Shown here one piece after another: positions 62,099-64,000 of a stretch of 64,000 bases of DNA. The stretch is from Rhina ancylostomus (Eukaryota): contig JARFYF010000094.1 in NCBI GenBank assembly GCA_030265395.1, positions 63,512,842-63,576,841 of the forward strand, given 5' to 3'. The translations under genes and the position numbers were made by a program. A model generated the notes under the pieces. That model ran no database searches. It was not told the origin of the DNA and was given only the letters and a program-made list of their open reading frames with translations. How positions within the stretch are numbered: position 1 is the stretch's first letter; the number at the start of each line of letters is the position of its first letter.

Positions 62099-62549
62099 CC
62101 ACATTCTCCCTGGTTTTTACGTAAGGAAATTCTTATGAATTGAATATTGGATTTATTAACAACTTTTACTTTCAATCTCTCTAGTTCTGTATTTCCTTCA
62201 TGCGCATTATGTTCTGTGCCTAACGTCATCCTGAAGAACACCAAGAGATAACCTTTCATATTTTGCTAGCTAAAGCCCAGCCACTCCTCATTGATCTGTG
62301 TTTACTTCTGTTTCATTGGGTGGGAGAGTGGTATTTCAGAACAAACCACAAATTTGCATTAAACAATAAAAGACGAGGGATTGAAATTGTACTGTATAAC
62401 TTGCTTACTCTCCTATATTGTTTACACTGCAACTGGTTTTTATTGGGGGTGAGGGGATGTGGGGGGCGGGGGTTGGAGGGAGTTTACTTGTATGTTAACA
62501 TGAGGAGTTTAACACTGGCCAGCTAGTTAACACCAGAATCTGAAGCACA

Positions 62550-63230
62550 AAGTGACACTGGAGTACAAACATCCCTTAACCAATGTAACAGTGGTTCTAG
62601 GGTAAAAGCAATACATCATTTCCTATGCAATGGTGGATATAGACTCTCATTCTGGAGTACAATTGATGCACCATAACCCAACTTAAAAGTGGTTATGAAC
62701 TACCTTACTGTTATATATACATTGTATCTGTGATTACATATGCACATATGGGAGAATAACCAATACCTGATACCGAATATAACAGCAGTTACAACCTGCA
62801 TTCTAGAGTACAGTTAGGAATCCACACTATTATACCGTGTTTATAGATACCTATTCAAGAGTACAACTAAATCCCATGCCTAATGGAACAGTCATCACAG
62901 GGTCCCAACCATCATCCTATACTCAGTGCAATCGTGGTTACAGATTCCATTTTGGAATATAGTGAATACCCCATACCCGACTTCCACGATGGAGTAAAAT
63001 TAACATTTCATACCTGCATGACAGTGGGTTGTACCTTTTCATACTTGGGTATAACCAACATCCCATATGCAATGCAACAGATGTTATAGACTCCCATATG
63101 GTCAACCCTCCCTCCATCCCCAGTGTAATAATTTCCCACATAGCAATGCAATCAATACCCCGGACCCAATGGAACAACAGTTATACATCCATATGAGAGT
63201 ATAATCAACCTCACCGTAGCCCAGATAACA
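62550..63230 (+). repeat. Highly degenerate tandem repeat, about 55 bp unit
   Basis: Recurring GAGTA-like words at about 62561, 62655, 62752, 62806, 62860, 62954, 62992, 63047 and 63197. Each is followed by variants of ACCAACATCCCATACCCAATG.AACAG..GTTATAGA. Confidence 0.6.
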
Positions 63231-63329
63231 TAGGCTACTGATGTTCTTCTAGCAGTATTGCTGGAGGGGGCCAAGCTTCTTTGGGAATAGGAACCTGGCA
63301 CATGAACACCAATGATTCACGTAGGGCTA

Positions 63330-63780
63330 GGTGCTGCAAGTAACGAAGAAAGCCAATAGAATATCAGTGTTTATTGTCAGGGGATCTGATTGCAAAAGTA
63401 GGAAGTTTATGCTTCANNNNNNNNNNNNNNNNNNNNNNNNNNNNNNNNNNNNNNNNNNNNNNNNNNNNNNNNNNNNNNNNNNNNNNNNNNNNNNNNNNNN
63501 NNNNNNNNNNNNNNNNGCAAAAGTAGGAAGTTTATGCTTCAGTTACATAAGACATTGGGGAGACCATACTGTGTACAATACTGGTCTCCTTCATGTAAGG
63601 AAGGATGTAAATATGATGGATACAGTTCAAAGGTTTCTTACACTGCTACTTGGAATGGGCAGGATTGTCTTGTGAAGAAAAGTTCGACAGGCTCAGCTTG
63701 TTATCTGCTGGAGTTTAGGAGAATGAGAGGGGAACTTGATTGAAACATGTCAGATTTGAGGGATTTGAACAGGGAGGATC
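63330..63780 (+). mobile_element. CR1 LINE fragment
   Basis: MLQLHKTLGRPYCVQYWSP, RKDVNMMDTVQR, LLEFRRMRGELD. Confidence 0.85.
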
Positions 63781-63910
63781 GGAGACACAAGACACTGCAG
63801 GTGCCAAAATCTAGAGCAAAAAACAAACTGCTGAAGGAACTGATGCAGGGTGACAGCCCAAAATGTCGACTATCCCCCTTGCCTCCACAGATGCTGCTTG
63901 ACCCACAGTT
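63781..63910. mobile_element. Penelope-like inverted pLTR inserted into CR1, with + strand hammerhead relic at 63840-63870 (CUGAUGCA variant)
   Basis: ggagacacaagacactgcagg...ctgctgaaggaa | CTGATGC A GGG-TGACAG-CCC AAAA T GTC GAC...ccacagatgctgcttgaccc. CR1 resumes near 63918. Confidence 0.75.
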
Positions 63911-64000
63911 TGCCTTTTTGAACAGGGAGGGTATTTCTATTGTGGGAGAATCTTGAACTCGGGTCTGTAGTTTTAAACAATCGTTTTAGACCAAAGCAAG

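Noticed and set aside
62550-63230. CRISPR-like or coding-repeat interpretation of the periodic region
   Set aside because: The context is eukaryotic, there is no invariant repeat with unique spacers, no cas genes, and no long open frame.
6272-63541. Direct repeats flanking 100-N gaps (6272/6388, 8050/8157, 17441/17586, 29200/29316, 44286/44399, 63392/63517)
   Set aside because: The same or nearly the same sequence sits on both sides of fixed 100-N gaps, and merging restores continuous repeat sequence. These are unmerged contig or haplotype overlaps from assembly, not TSDs.

Overview
This is repeat-rich eukaryotic DNA, not prokaryotic. I find no supportable protein-coding exon of a host gene. 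The repeat inventory points to a cartilaginous fish, probably a batoid (inference). It includes CR1, L2, RTE and Rex/Babar LINE relics, V-SINE/HE1-like and Deu-domain SINEs, and many Penelope-like pseudo-LTR fragments. The window most likely lies inside one very long + strand intron. Nearly all listed ORFs are chance ORFs, run through N gaps, or are decayed LINE reverse-transcriptase pieces. Four signals stand out. (1) A dispersed Penelope-like family carries a minimal type I hammerhead ribozyme (consensus across copies CAGUC-CUGAUGA-A-GGGU-CUCG-ACCC-GAAA-C-GUC-GACUG), best seen in a composite tandem/inverted element at 32011-32479 that landed inside an older hammerhead core. (2) A strong candidate recursive splice site (TTTCAG|GTAAGC, 40414/40415) has a ~100-nt AG-free zone, and from memory (unverified) resembles the human AUTS2 site. 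(3) Two locally templated insertions, one forming a ~75-bp-arm hairpin. (4) An unexplained ungapped 96-bp duplicate and a cryptic ~55-bp tandem array. Repeat boundaries were read by eye and are approximate, typically to within tens of bases. Family names come from recognition, not database searches.
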